A stretch of 64,000 nucleotides of DNA. Origin: Octopus vulgaris (Eukaryota). The position numbers were made by a program, and so were the translations under genes. How positions within the stretch are numbered: the first letter of the stretch is position 1; each line of letters begins with the position of its first letter. Location: positions 28,582,001-28,646,000 of the forward strand of contig OX597820.1 of NCBI GenBank assembly GCA_951406725.2. Reading direction: 5' to 3'. Below are positions 41,621 through 56,251 of the stretch, one piece after another. The notes beneath the pieces were generated by a model that was not told the DNA's origin, ran no database searches, and was given only the letters and a program-made list of their open reading frames with translations.

Positions 41621-42745
41621 TCTCTCGAATTGACATTACGAATGAACGTGCACGGTGTTCCACGCTTCAAATGTCGAAGTGATTATAGAGCAACATTGTA
41701 TGTTATGCAATAGAACACAACATATCGCCCTTTCCGGTAATCGAAACCACCGTCTCGCAATAGTGAGTACATCCTTATCTCTCGGTCATGCACCTCTCAC
41801 TATATAGATAGATATTATATGATATTATATTATATTATATTTCCTTATATCATATGATATATATGTATGTATAATGTCTTGTTATTTTGTATGAAGTGTT
41901 ACGCAGTTTTTATCGTGCGCTTATTACCAAGTCAACGTCACATGTTTTCATTTTATCCTTTATTTATTTTGTTGTCGGACTGACATATTACATGAACAAT
42001 CTTACTGAGTGAGCATGCGTGATTCTGACTGCAACGAAGTTGAAAGAAACACAACCTGATTGAAATCGCATTTATTTCGGCTATCAGACCCCGCATGTTC
42101 TTTCAAGTGATTATAAACCCAGAATCGTTTGAGTCTCAGGCTAGAAATATATTCTTCGATAGCATTAATTGATTTATATAGTTTATGATACCTTAACCGT
42201 TTTATTTTTTTTAATACGTTATGTTATGAATATTGATTCAAACTAGGAAATAAAATCGATTATTCCATATGTTGTAATACCAGTATAGGCCTAGAAAATG
42301 TTGAATTCTCTACGTTTATGGTTTAAATAATATTCAGAAAATAAACCAAAATATGATACCAAACGACAATGAAATCAGTTGTTTATGGATGTCTTTTTAT
42401 GTCGAAAGTGACATTAAAACTTCCAAGTTTGGAGATAATTTCAGATGATGTATTATGAGTGTGAAACACTTGTTTGTGTATGTATCTGCATAATAAATAC
42501 TTGTCTGCATCTGTATGCGTTTGTATTTGTGTCTGTAATGTGTTTGTGTGCACGCGATGTCTTAAAATAATGCGCATATGCACAATAAAGTTGTATCGCT
42601 AGCAATACTTATCTTCATACATACATAAATACATACATGCATGCATAATCGCACACTCATACACACAGACATATATATAATATATATGCATGTATATATA
42701 TATATACACATATACACACACATATATATATATACACACATATAC

Positions 42746-42808
<63 letters not shown>

Positions 42809-42823
42809 TATATACATACACAA

Positions 42824-42869
<46 letters not shown>

Positions 42870-43424
42870 TATGAATATGTGTATATATACATATATATAA
42901 ATATATGTATATGTATATATATATATAAATATACGTATGTATAAATGTGTGTGCATTATGAAAAACGAATGAAGAGCAAAACAAATGGGAAATAGAGAAT
43001 ATAGAATGCACAAACATTAAGATATTGCACACCACACATGGTTGGTCTCATCGAAGAATATTCTTAACAGAATTTCTGCACATTGCGTGTGCGCTTGAAT
43101 TTCTGCACGGGTGTCAGAGAGAAGAAGAAAGTAGTGAAAAAGTATATGTTCATGCATAAGACAACGAGAGAAAGACAAGAGATGTGAAGAGGTCGACAAG
43201 CACATTATATAATCCCTGCCAAAGATTAGACGTGCATAAAAAGTACGGTGAAAATTCAACAAATATAAGACAATAAAATCGTGATCTCTCCGTATGGATG
43301 GCTGTGTAAGCCATTGGACAGAAAGTTATATTTGGCCCATCTCATGTTGGAGAAACCTTGAACAGCAATAAAAATGCATTAAAAACTTTAGCAATTGAGA
43401 AGCCAAAAACAAAATGCATGTATG

Positions 43425-43458
<34 letters not shown>

Positions 43459-43900
43459 TTTATGTATGTATGTATGTATGTACACAAACAGGCACATGCA
43501 TATATATATATATATATATATATATAATGCATACATACATATATATAGATATAAATATATATACACCCATATATATATAGGTGTGTGTGTATGTATATAT
43601 ATACATCCATATATATATATTTATACTGTATATAAATATGTGCAATATTATGTTATACGTATGTATTTACATATACACACCTGTGCATTTATATACATAT
43701 ATAGACATATACATACATCTTTATATATATCCATTTTTACATACGAGAATATATATTATATATGTGTATTTCTGTGTATATATATATGTGAGTGTGTGTG
43801 TGTGTGTGTGGAAACGTCTCTCTCTTTTTCTCTCACTCTCTTTCTTTTTCTCTCTCTCTCTCCATATATATATATATAATATATATATAAGTATAGAGAC

Positions 43901-43963
<63 letters not shown>

Positions 43964-43994
43964 AAGATAGGTAAACAGACAGATAGATAGACAC

Positions 43995-44075
<81 letters not shown>

Positions 44076-44453
44076 ATTATATACGTATTATATAGAGATG
44101 ATTTGAATAATATAACTAAATTTATTACAAAAGACGTTTAAAAGAAATACAATAACATGAAAACAAACTTCGTTTCTACAAGTCGTAAGTTTCATCAGAT
44201 TAGTTCAAATGAATTGAACGAAAAGAATTCTTTATCATTTCCAGTTTATTCGATATAATATTATAGTTATGTATTTATTTCGTTTTTCTTAGATATTTTA
44301 TGTAAATTTTGCTGTTCTTTACTTTTCATCATTCTTCACGAAGGAAATTGAGTTCGGCGTTGGAGCGGCGGGTAATAAACAACATTAGCAAGGAATTATA
44401 ACCTTATGGTAATGTTTACTAAAGTTTCACTGTAGCGAGTGTGTTTGTATGTC

Positions 44454-44486
<33 letters not shown>

Positions 44487-44689
44487 ATGGGCGTCTGTGT
44501 GTGTGCCTGTACGCCTGTGTGTGTCAGTCAGTTTGTGTATGTGCGTATGTCTCTATGTATTATGTATGTATATATTTATATATATATATATATATGTATA
44601 CATAAATATGCATGTATATGTATATATCTATACTTGTATATTACAAATATGTATTCATAACTATATATATATGTGTGTGTGTGTGTGTG

Positions 44690-44861
44690 TATTCACGAAT
44701 ATACATATATATATATATATGTATGTATATTCATGCATATATATGTATGTATATTCACGAGAACACACATATGTGCATACAAGTCTGTATGGTATTAAAG
44801 TGTAGTTATATACTTAAGTGCATATATGTACGTATGTATGTATATTCACGAATATACATAC

Positions 44862-44919
<58 letters not shown>

Positions 44920-45027
44920 TCATGCATATATACGTATGTATATTCACGAGCATACACATATGTGCATATATATCTGTATGGTATTATAGAGTAGTTATAT
45001 ACTTAAGTACATATATGTACGTATATG
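44690..45027 (+). repeat. Two-copy tandem duplication (~150-185 bp unit with variable (TA)n)
   Basis: tattcacgaatatacata...tctgtatggtatta...tagttatatacttaagt...atatgtacgta occurs twice. Confidence 0.85.
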
Positions 45028-46976
45028 AGGTATGTGTGTGTGTATGAATGTGTGCGTAAATACTTATGTTTGTGGCTCTAGTATTGATTCTTAGAAAAAC
45101 AAAATAATTTTCATTTATCCAGACACTCTTGTGTCTTTTTCACAATAACCTGTGTCAAAAACTTCAACAACCAAGGTATTTGTGAATTTTTATGTTTCTT
45201 TTTCTCTCACAAACATTTCACTCGCTTTATTTTAGATCTATTTTATTCTAATATTCTCTATTCTGTCATTCTTTTAGAAGAAAGTATATTAAATTATATA
45301 ATAAATAATATATTATTATTGCACAAGATTATATTCGTTATATAATCGGACAAGTCTATTATTTTTCTCCTTTTTATATTGCTTTACTTATGCGAAGCAA
45401 ATATGGCCATTGCTGTTTTTCACTGTTACTTTCACTCTCTCTCTCTCGCTCTTTCTCTCCTTTTCTCTGCCTATCTTTCCCCCTCTCTCTCTCTTTCTCT
45501 CTATCTCGCTCTCTCGCTCTCTCCCTCTGCCTCTGGTCAATGTTATTGATTCCTATATTGTTTAACCCCCACATATGTCATTTCTAAGAAAACCAATTTT
45601 CAAAAACCTCAGTCATACCATATATTCAATCTGCGTTGTTATTCTACTACAACTTCCGTAGCTTTTGTAAACTGCTAATGGTACGGTGTTTATAGCGAAG
45701 TAGCTTTCGAAGAATTTTCAAAGTCCGGAGTGGAGAATTTAGTCGGCTGAAACGTTGCTTTTCTATAAAGTGTAACATTCTTAAACGCTATACATTTGAG
45801 GAAATTGGTTTGAAACGCTGTGTATTCAAAACTACATTTTAAAATGTGTCTTCTAATTTCTTTCCAGTATATAGAAAAAATTGAGAGATTTGATAGTACG
45901 TTAGTTATTTAGCCAGCTCTGTTCTAGTTGCGATATGGTCAAAGAATTTCTGATATATTTTCAGGTATAGTGTACTAAGGACAACGATAAATAATGTGTC
46001 CTTTTGCAATCAATAATATATAATCTAAGAGCTAGTTGGTTATGCTCAGTTCGTCTCTGATCGAGCAGACGTATAATATAAAATATTCTAACCATAAAGG
46101 TCCTATTTTTCTTTAAACGTAGTTTACATTGGACTACATTGAATAATCTGTCCGTTTCCAAAGCAATATACGCTAATATGAGAGACATTTCACCGTGCTG
46201 TACTTGTTTGACGCGAGATAAGTCATAGTTAAACAGATGTATGAGGAAGCGTATTCGAACAGAAACTTCGGTAACAATATATAAAGGACAATGTTAAATG
46301 TTCCTTTTCCAGACTATATAGAGTCATTTGAGAGTTAGTTTATTTCCAAACCTCATTGAGCAGTCATATGAGCATCGATATGAAAGCCTTGATGATAGGG
46401 TATATTTCTTCGACAAAGTTTTACTAGGACTACATTGATCAATGTGGAAAATTTGAGAAGGAGAGAAAGAGAATTTACCAAAAATGAGCGTGACGTTTCC
46501 TTGTTAACTGCTCAGAACATATGAAATAGTATTTCCGTCAATCCATTTTTTTAATATATATCTTAGTAGCTTTAGATAACGTTATTTCACCCTTATTATA
46601 AGCTCTTCAGTACAACATCATTTGGGAGCATGCAGTTATTTGGTCTATGTTCATTTAAACTGTTAGGAATTATATAAGGCCGATTATGCTTTCTTAAATA
46701 ATGTCTCTTTCTAAAAAGACACAATATAGTTTTCGAGATATTTCACTGCTGCTTTGTTATTTTATTGTTTATTGAATTATAATCAAACAAACCTATAATC
46801 AGAGGAAAGCCAACGGTAGCCTTTCCTGTGATAAAGCATGCCACGAACAGCATTAAACAATATGCTCCTCTGTCGAGAATGGACAGTGTAATTTTAAAAA
46901 AGATTCAGTATTTATACCCAGAAGTACGAATACATACATACACGCGCGCGCACACGCACACACATACATACACACA

Positions 46977-47008
<32 letters not shown>

Positions 47009-47021
47009 CATATAGATGTTG

Positions 47022-47602
47022 ACGAGCAGGCAGAATCGTTAGCCCGTCGGATGAAAATCTTAGTGGTGTTTCGTCTGTCCCTACGTTGTCAGTTAATATT
47101 CTGCCGAGGTCAACTTTCTCTTCCAGTCTTTCGGGGTCGATAAGTCAAGTAAGAGTGAAACAGTGGGGTCGGTGTAATTGACTGACCCTCCCCCAAATTT
47201 CAGGTTTTGTGCCTTTAGTATGAAGGATATATATATATAAGCGCAGGTGTGGCTCTGTGGTAATAAGCTTATTTACCAGCCATATGGCTCCGGATTCAGT
47301 CCCACTTGGGCAAATGTCTTCTATTTTAGCCTCGGGCCGACCGAAGCCCTGTGAGACGGAAACTGAAAGGAGCCCGTCATATATATATATATGTTTGTGT
47401 GTCTGTGTCTGTCCCCCAACTATTGCCTGACAACCGATGGCTTGTGTGTTTAAGTTCATGTAATTTAGAGGTTCAGGAAAAGACACCGATTGAATAAGTA
47501 TTAGACCTACAAAGAATAAGTCGTGGGGTAGATTTGTTCGACTAATGTGGGGCTCCAGCATGGCTGGTGTAAAATAACTGAATACAATAAAAGAATAAAA
47601 GA
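47022..47602 (+). mobile_element. SINE B (47022-47228) followed by SINE A (47241-47602), both decayed
   Basis: Family B core ccgaggtcaactttctcttccagtctttcggggtcgataa; family A head and tail. Confidence 0.8.
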
Positions 47603-47650
47603 ATATCTCTAAGTATGAGTGTGTGTGTGTGTGTATGTGTGTGTGCGCGC

Positions 47651-47691
<41 letters not shown>

Positions 47692-48739
47692 TATTCACAC
47701 ATTACATACATTTATACATGCAAGTTAAAAGGTGAGCGGTGTTGATATGAAACCAATCGTAGTCTAAATAATTTTAGCCGCTCGGCAACTCGGCCATTTT
47801 CCTCCGAGTGAGTATCCAGAGTTGGACAAAAGAACGAGCTTCACATATCATTGGAACAAACATATATATTTACACACACTTACACACATATGCATACATA
47901 CATGCATACATACATACATACATACATACATACATACATCCAAACATACATACATACATACATACATACATACATACATACATACATACATACATACATA
48001 CATAAACTTATATTCGGAATATGGCCAAGATATATACGCATGATGGAATTAAAACATTTTCATATCATTCCTATTACAATAATAAAACGGATCTGAAGAA
48101 AAAATAGAAATGATTTGACTAACATTTAAGCCATCAATTTTCACCCGATTTAGAAGAGAGATTTTACGTAATATACTTGCTATGATAAGCAAGCTATTTG
48201 TGTTGCGAAAAACTGATAGCAGACTTTATTGGGGGTCGTTAAACGTAATAACAGTTTCAGACTCTCCTGTGAGTCCCAAAATATTTCTCTGTCATTATTT
48301 TACATTAGACATTTCATTGTTTTTTCCCATAAAATTTGTTGTGAGTTTTATTGTTCCTTAAGTTACTGCCGTTGTATAGTTGTTTGTATATCAACACCAT
48401 TGAAGAAATATGATTTTGTGTAATATCTTGTATTTGTAGTTTAGAAATCATTTCAATATTATGACAACGAAAGGATAAATCACATATTATGATACAACAG
48501 AGGATATGAAATATCTGATTATTAATCATATGGTGTAAGAGTTATTACTGCGGCATAATATATCAGAAATATTCAAATAATCTGTTGCTTGGTGATGCAA
48601 AACTGTAAGATATATGCTGTGTTGACGTAATGTAGAAGTTTTATTATTAGATGTGGATCTACGCCGAGTAGAGAAGTAATATTTTCGAAACAGCTACCAT
48701 CATACACTGTTGTCATGACTATACTAGAAATGTTAGCAC

Positions 48740-48960
48740 TTAGATCATCACAACGTGGCCTCCATCAGACGGGAAACTCCTTTTATTGTACTGTCTGTCC
48801 TTGTCAATCTCGTGCTTGCCTAGGACTAATCCGGGAAATTTATGAGGTATATACACCAATAGGATCTGAAATCTACACGAGAGACATAACGCAAAATAAA
48901 CATCTGGTGTTGACCGAGTGGACGCTCTTTCTACGATGGGCTATTCGTGATCTGTTTAAG
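48740..48960 (+). mobile_element. Probable decayed RTE-clade LINE 3' end
   Basis: ORF 48715 contains FYCTVCPCQSRACLGLIR, resembling the RTE C-terminal FxCxxCxRxCxSRIGLxSH zinc finger. Confidence 0.4.
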
Positions 48961-49088
48961 GCTTTCAAAAACTTTCCGATCTGAGCTGAATTACATATAT
49001 TTTCATAACACAAATGTAAGCTGACTGTACTCGTCAGACACATTGCTCACAGGAAACTGAATACACACACACACACGCACACACACAC

Positions 49089-49156
<68 letters not shown>

Positions 49157-49169
49157 AAACACACACTCA

Positions 49170-49455
49170 CATGGCACTCCGTTGATTACGACGAGGAGAG
49201 TTCCCGCTGATATCGTGAAATTAACGTACAAGAGTGTGAGTACTTCACAAACACATGTACCCTTAGTGTAGTTCTCCGAGACAAGGTGTGACACAGGGTG
49301 TGATAAAGCTGGCCCTTTATAATGCAGGTAACTACTCATTTTTGCCAACTTAGACAACTGGAACATAATGTACCTTGCTCAAGGGCAAAATACACCTCCA
49401 TATACTAAACTCACGATCTTGTGCCGACGACCCTAATTTCTTGGCACCGCGCCTT
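49170..49455 (-). mobile_element. Decayed CORE-like SINE
   Basis: ctcatttttgccaac...actggaaca...ccttgctcaagggcaaaa...ctcacgatctt. Confidence 0.55.
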
Positions 49456-49473
49456 CATACACTTCCACACTTC

Positions 49474-49592
<119 letters not shown>

Positions 49593-50067
49593 CCCTTAAG
49601 GGTTAGCCACATATAAGTGGCAAATATGCTTCACGATGTCGTGCAGCTACTGTATTTGCATCGGGAAGCACTTCTCATCGACAACCGATGGTTGTCACAC
49701 GCTGATAACGGGTCAAAACCAGAAACCCGGGTCAGTGTGTATCACTTCAGGTTGAACATGGGAAGTATGACTTCCCTTTGCAAATACTGATAGGGCACAG
49801 AAAGTGTGTCAATAGCCATGGGTGGCCCGTTAGCAATTCAAGCCTAAAGGTAAATATTCTTACTTGTTTCAGTCATTTGACTACGTTCATGATGGAGCAC
49901 GGCCTTTAATCGGACAAATCGACCCTAGGACGTATTCTTTGTAAGCCTAGGACTTATTCTATCGATCTATTTTGCTGAAACGCTGTGTTACGGGGGCATA
50001 AACACAACAACATCGGTTGTCAAGCGATGGTGGTGGAACCGAAGCACAGACACATAAACTTATACCT

Positions 50068-50293
<226 letters not shown>

Positions 50294-50326
50294 CAGACAG
50301 ATAGATAGATAGATAGATAGAGAGAC

Positions 50327-50435
<109 letters not shown>

Positions 50436-50443
50436 CATAGATA

Positions 50444-51886
50444 TGTTTCTTTATTAGCCACACAGGGCTGCACACAGATAGAACAAATTACAAGGTAGAG
50501 CTTTTCTTTTGAAGGTTTAAAAAAAAAAAAAAAAAAAAAGGAAGGGGAGTTTCGATCAAAAGGGATCGTAAAAGGAGAGAAAGAGGACAAAAAAAGGGGG
50601 TTAAAAAAAAGGGGGAGAGGAAAAAAAAATGATCAATAGGGATCGTTATCACAGAAATGTCAATATGAAGTGTAAAGGGGAGGACAGGTGAGGTTTACCC
50701 GTGGAAAGAAAAGCCTACGGAAAAGACCACGGTAACCTCGGTCAATGAAGTCACATTTTATATTTCTTTTTTTTTTTTTTTTTGCAAATAAGCAACTCTC
50801 TGTTTTCGATTTCTGGGTTCATAGGACTATGCTCAAGGTGGCTTCGTCATTCATACGTGCCATTCTTGCTACATTCACCCATCTTTTTTTAAAACATTCG
50901 CTAGACAAAACTTGCCTCTCTACTCTCACTTTCCTTTTCAAGTGGTACTTGAAGAAGTTGATGAGAGATTGACCAGAGAGGAAAGTGTTTGTCTCCAATC
51001 CTTTCAGACGCGTCCACCAGATACATTCTTTCGCCATAGCCACAAGGATGATAAAAATAGCTCTTCCTTCCCGTTTGAAGGAAGGAGGCGTGACAATATT
51101 GACGATAGACTCAGCTGATAAACCGACTCGTCCCACACGTGACAGCAGTTGTTCGACATAAGCCCACAGGTCGGAAATTGTTGGACACTGAACGAGTGCG
51201 TGCAGAACGGTTTCGTCGCTCTGACCGCATCTCGGGCAGGTCGGCCCCGTGTTTCTCGAGCCGTGTCTGTAGAGCTTATCCCGAACGGGTAGCGCTTCTC
51301 GGTAGCACTGCCAGGCCAGGGATCTCTGGAAGTTGTCCATGGGCGATGGCCCGAAAGTCGTCCTGAACAGGCGGGTCAGGTACTCCTCGTCGACGTCCAG
51401 GTTCGCCCCGAGCTCGTCGTCGTGCCTCCCCTCCACTAAACCCCTATAGAATGCTTTGGTTGTGTTGAAGTCACTTAAGGTCGACCCAGGACGGCAGAGT
51501 TGCTTGAGAGCAACGCGACACTCGCGGTGCCAATCGCCCTTCCTCGGCCTCTTTTTGATCCACGACTGCAGTTCGGTCATGGAGACGAGCTGCGGGAAAG
51601 CGTGCCTCACAAACGGCGACCACACCTGTTCACCGTCGTCTACATAGAGCCAGAGATGTCGCAGTCTCAGCGCGTGTCTGCGCATCATCAACCACGGCAT
51701 GCCCAGCCCTCCTTTTAACGGGTGTTGACAGCAAATGGATCGCCTGACCATCGGGACGCATCCTTTCCACAAGAAGCGAAAGAGGATGCGTTGTAGTTTG
51801 GTCATGGTAGGGTCGGGACAAGGTACGACGGTCAGGCGGTAGTAGATGACGGACGCGATGTACGTGTTCGCCACCTCCGCTCGACC
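50444..51886 (-). mobile_element. 5'-truncated L1/Tx1-clade non-LTR retrotransposon with 16-bp TSD in (GATA)n
   Basis: ORF2 C-terminus plus 3' UTR ending gctaataaagaaaca; GATAGATACATAGATA at both 50428-50443 and 51887-51902. Confidence 0.92.
50819..51886 (-). CDS. ORF2 C-terminal fragment of L1/Tx1 element (post-RT region and zf-RVT zinc-binding domain), no true start
   Basis: Uninterrupted ~355 aa: GRAEVANTYIAS...FRFLW...KGGLGMP...W...ALPVRDKL...CPRCGQSDETVLHALVQCP...IWWTR. Confidence 0.9.
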   Translation of the reverse strand, partial: GRAEVANTYIASVIYYRLTVVPCPDPTMTKLQRILFRFLWKGCVPMVRRSICCQHPLKGGLGMPWLMMRRHALRLRHLWLYVDDGEQVWSPFVRHAFPQLVSMTELQSWIKKRPRKGDWHRECRVALKQLCRPGSTLSDFNTTKAFYRGLVEGRHDDELGANLDVDEEYLTRLFRTTFGPSPMDNFQRSLAWQCYREALPVRDKLYRHGSRNTGPTCPRCGQSDETVLHALVQCPTISDLWAYVEQLLSRVGRVGLSAESIVNIVTPPSFKREGRAIFIILVAMAKECIWWTRLKGLETNTFLSGQSLINFFKYHLKRKVRVERQVLSSECFKKRWVNVARMARMNDEATLSIVL

Positions 51887-51895
51887 GATAGATAC

Positions 51896-51952
<57 letters not shown>

Positions 51953-52101
51953 CAGACAGACGTGCTTCTACCAAATCCACCCACAGGGCTTCCGTTGGTC
52001 CTAGCATCCGCGAAAGCTATATAAAAAAATATACGTAAAGTGTATTTCAAAATGCAACTTGCAAATCGCACAGTAATTTGTATACATTAATGTATACATA
52101 G

Positions 52102-52345
52102 TGAGCTGGCAGAAACGTTGTCACGCCGGGCGAAACGCTTAGCAGTTTTTCGTCCTGTCTTTGCGCTCTGAGTTCAAATACCACCGAGGTCGACTTTGCC
52201 TTTCATCGTTTCAGGGTCGATAAATTAAGTATCAGTTGTGTATTGGTACCGATAAATTAAGCACCAGTTGCGCATTTGAGTCGATTTAATCGACTGGACC
52301 CCTCTTCAAAAATCTCGGGACATTTATCTAGAGTAGAATAGAATA
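52102..52345 (+). mobile_element. SINE family B
   Basis: gtgagctggcagaaacgtt...ccgaggtcgactttgcctttcatcgtttcagggtcgataaattaagt. Confidence 0.85.
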
Positions 52346-52911
52346 ATTTGTATACATCATAGTTTAATTTTAACAATATGATATTTATTGCAAGTCTACC
52401 AGCATAACGAGGCTGAAAAATAAATATTTGGAGTCACAGCTATACGAATTGCATTTCGGAATAAAATGTTACCCTCGTGGATCATTTAGACGACTGGCGA
52501 CGAGGATTCGAGAGTTAACTGGCTTTGTCTATTAAACAGTTGGAGATTCCGTAACTTCGTGAAAAATATCCTATTAACATATACATTTATATGTATATGT
52601 GGGAGATGTATGCGTGTATATACATAGATATATATATATGATGTATATACATAGATAAAACCATATATAATGAAAATAGAATATGATTAATTAATTTATA
52701 TTATTTAAATATATATCAAAATTATTAAAAAAGATAATTATATATATAGTTCAATTATACACCTGAAAATGATATATATACTGTCTAGTGTTATATTAAT
52801 TATCTTTTTAATATGATATATATTTAAATAATATAAATTAATTATATGTATACATCTTATGCCTAATATGTTTTATCTCTATTTATATAATATTTTATAT
52901 AAAATTGGATT

Positions 52912-52958
<47 letters not shown>

Positions 52959-52974
52959 TGTATACATATATATA

Positions 52975-53030
<56 letters not shown>

Positions 53031-54073
53031 TATATACATAGGGCAAGTATATACATGAACGCACCCCAACAGTGTACACCCGCGAATTTATACACAAATG
53101 TACCTATTCAGATTCAATATAATTTGCCAAACTTCTACGCATACACTCCAGACACACATATGTATATACAGGCGCACCGAAACTTTCTCTGTATCTATTT
53201 ATCTCTCTCTCTCTCTATCTATCTCTCTCTCTCTCTCTCTCTCTGTCCGTCTCAGTCTTTCTCCCTCTCTCTCTCTTTTTCTCCCCCACTCTCTATTTTT
53301 CTTTCTCTTTCTCTCTCTCTCTCTCACGTACATATATCTATCGACACCCATCCACATATACAGACGCAGACATCCAACTTAAATTGCTACGCACTTCCAG
53401 CATCAGTCTGTCATTTTGTTCAACCTGTTTCTCTTATAAGCATGATTATATATGCATATAAGTAAACATATATAATGTTTATTCATAACCTAAGCCCTTT
53501 TGGAAATTAAGCAATTATTGTCAGGTCATCAACTTAATAACATTAACAAAATGTGTTGCTAACATTTGGTAGCCATCATAATGACTAACTGAAATGACGC
53601 TGGTTGCGACTAATTTTACTTGGGAGACCGAATAATTGAGAATATTTATCTGCATAAGTATTTATTCGTAGCAAATAAATAGATTGGATTATTGGATTTC
53701 ATGATGCCATCACAACGTTTGATCGATATATTGTTCCCAGTTGCATAAGAAAATTATTGATTTCTTTGTTTTTGTGCTGCTCACGGGTATGTGTAGGTGA
53801 TGAGAATACGTGAATTAATTGATCTTTGATCATTATTGTTACGTATATTATCGACCCGAATAGCTAAGCAGTAAATAGTCGATCTGCTGCTGCTCTGAGA
53901 GTACCCAGCTTCCAGTCTCCGCCATGACCACGACCAGAATTTATGGGTAGAGAGACTAAACAATGGAAAGAGAGCAAAATATACAGTGTCGCACAGCATT
54001 TCAATGCTTCTATGGTGGATCATATAGACTAATACTGGGCGGACAGTAACAGGACATAAGAAGGGCAAAATTG

Positions 54074-54374
54074 TTTGTTCCTTGTCGAGCCACGCCTGGC
54101 TCATAAGACCCGGCTTCCCGGTTTCCTTAATGTATAGGTTCCTCACCTGGACGGGACGCCGGTCCGTCGCAGGTGAGCTGCAAGATGCAGGAGGAAAGAG
54201 TGAGAGAAAGTTGTGGCGAAAGAGTCAGCAGAAGTTCGCCACTACCTTCTACCGAAGCCGCGTGGAGCTTAAGTGTTTCGCTCATAAACACACACATCGC
54301 CCGATCTGAGATTCAAACCCGTGATCCCTCGTCCGCAAGTCCGCTGCTCTAACCACTATGCCATGTGCCTCCAC
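54074..54374 (-). mobile_element. SINE family C with 13-bp TSD (aagggcaaaattg)
   Basis: Reverse complement of 29636-29946; aagggcaaaattg at 54061-54073 and 54376-54388. Confidence 0.92.
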
Positions 54375-54699
54375 TAAGGGCAAAATTGGCTGTGAACCAG
54401 ACTTTAGTATTCGGCTGAGATGCAGTGCATTGTGTGACCTTTTGGTCAGGATTGAGCTGAGACAACAGCACCAACAAAACAACAAACATAAACAATACCA
54501 AAACTATAAGATTTAAACTCAGAAGATAGAAATTTCAATGTGTAGAAAGTTTAGTTCGCTTAGAACAGAGGAATATATATCTAAATACTACATGATGTTT
54601 AGTTTGCTAAGACTGTAGGAATATGGATCTTAATAATAGGAAGGGGATAGGTATGAGTTAGCTGAAGAATAAAGGAACAGGATTTTAAATTCTATTATT

Positions 54700-54933
54700 C
54701 TTTTATTCTTTTACTTGTTTCAGTCATATGGCTGCGGTAGTGCTGGAGCGCAGCCTTAAAGGAATTTTTAGTCGAAGGAATCGACCTAGCATTTATTCTT
54801 TGTAAGCCTATTATTCATTCTATCGTTCTCTTTAACGGAACCGATAAGTTGCGGGGACGCAACTATTGTTAAGCATCTATTGTTAAGCGATGGGTGGGGG
54901 GAACAAACGCAGACACACAAATGCACACGCACG

Positions 54934-54972
<39 letters not shown>

Positions 54973-55155
54973 ATATATATATATATACATACGACCTCCT
55001 TCTTTCAGTTCCGTCTACCAAATCCCCTCACAAGGCTTTGCTCGGCCCGAGGCTATAGTAGAAGACACATGCCCAAGGTGCCAAGCAGTGGGACTGAACC
55101 TAGAATCATGTGGTTGTGAAGCAAGCGTCTTACCACACAGTCACACTTGCGCCTA
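54700..55155 (-). mobile_element. SINE family A
   Basis: ttttacttgtttcagtca ... cttaccacacagtcacacttgcgcc. Confidence 0.88.
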
Positions 55156-56251
55156 CATTGTTAAATAAAAAAGTATGTATGACTACGAAGCTTAATATTG
55201 CATAACGTTTAGTTTGGATAGAAAGCAAGAATACGGCGTTTAGAATATGGAGTTTAGTCTGGTTGTTTACAGGCTCTGCTACAAAACGCCGTTTGATTTC
55301 ATGTAATATAGATTTCTAATATATACATCATCGTATCACAGAAACAGTCTGTTGAGTCAAATTTGCTAGTTTCTTGGTTTTTTTTTTTGTTATGGTGTTA
55401 AAAGAGGAAAGCTTGCGTTGTCACAGCCTTGTCTACTCCTTTAGTCTGTCCATAACTGACAGAAAGGATGTAGGAAGTCATTTTCAAACTGAAGACACAT
55501 CACGTCCGAATTTGTGCAATAGAGTGAATCTTCGCTGATTGTAGCAGGGTTCGCTCTGCTAAAGTAGTAATAAACCTGGGGATATCGTAAATTCCTCTTG
55601 TTACATTCAGCCTATTTCTTATGAGCGAAAAATGCAGGAGAAATTGCTGCAAGGCATTTCGTACTTCACCCGAAGTCATACATCATTTTATGAGCCCCGT
55701 TGTTGTGAAAGGTAAAGTCAGAACCGTAGCATGATTTGAAGTAATTTATCCAGCATTCAGATGAAGCTGCCAATTCCGCGGAGGCTATACTATTCCATAA
55801 CTCATGGTTATCGATAAAAGACATTCATCTAGGTTGTCGAACAGGGAAATCGAACACGAAATTACGTGATTTGAAAGGTAATTTCTTAAGCCCCCAAACT
55901 ATGATAAGATCCAATTTTATCGATCTCTGGTGAGTGAAAAGCAAGTAACCGTCATTGGATTTGCACTCAAAACACTATGAATAATCATAAAATATAATTT
56001 CCGCAATTCATGTCGTCGGATAATCTACTGACTAACCAGCTTCCTGTCAGATACATCTAATATTCATTTCTAATTTAGGGGGGAAATGCATAAGTTTTGA
56101 GAAGGTCGGCCAGTCGAACACATCAACATTTGATGGTACATTGTTTTATCGACCCCAGAGGAAAGGTGGGGCTAAGTTGAATATGTCGGTAATTCAACTC
56201 AGAACTAAAGACATTTTTCTTACGCTCTGCCAATCCACTGCTGCAATTATA

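Noticed and set aside
44165-44200. Minus-strand ctgatga...gtagaaacgaagtt hammerhead-like string
   Set aside because: No stem I and only a 3-bp, offset stem II.
55506-55517. tccgaatttgtg, matching the 3' end of miR-10
   Set aside because: The seed and 5' half are absent and there is no hairpin; a chance match.
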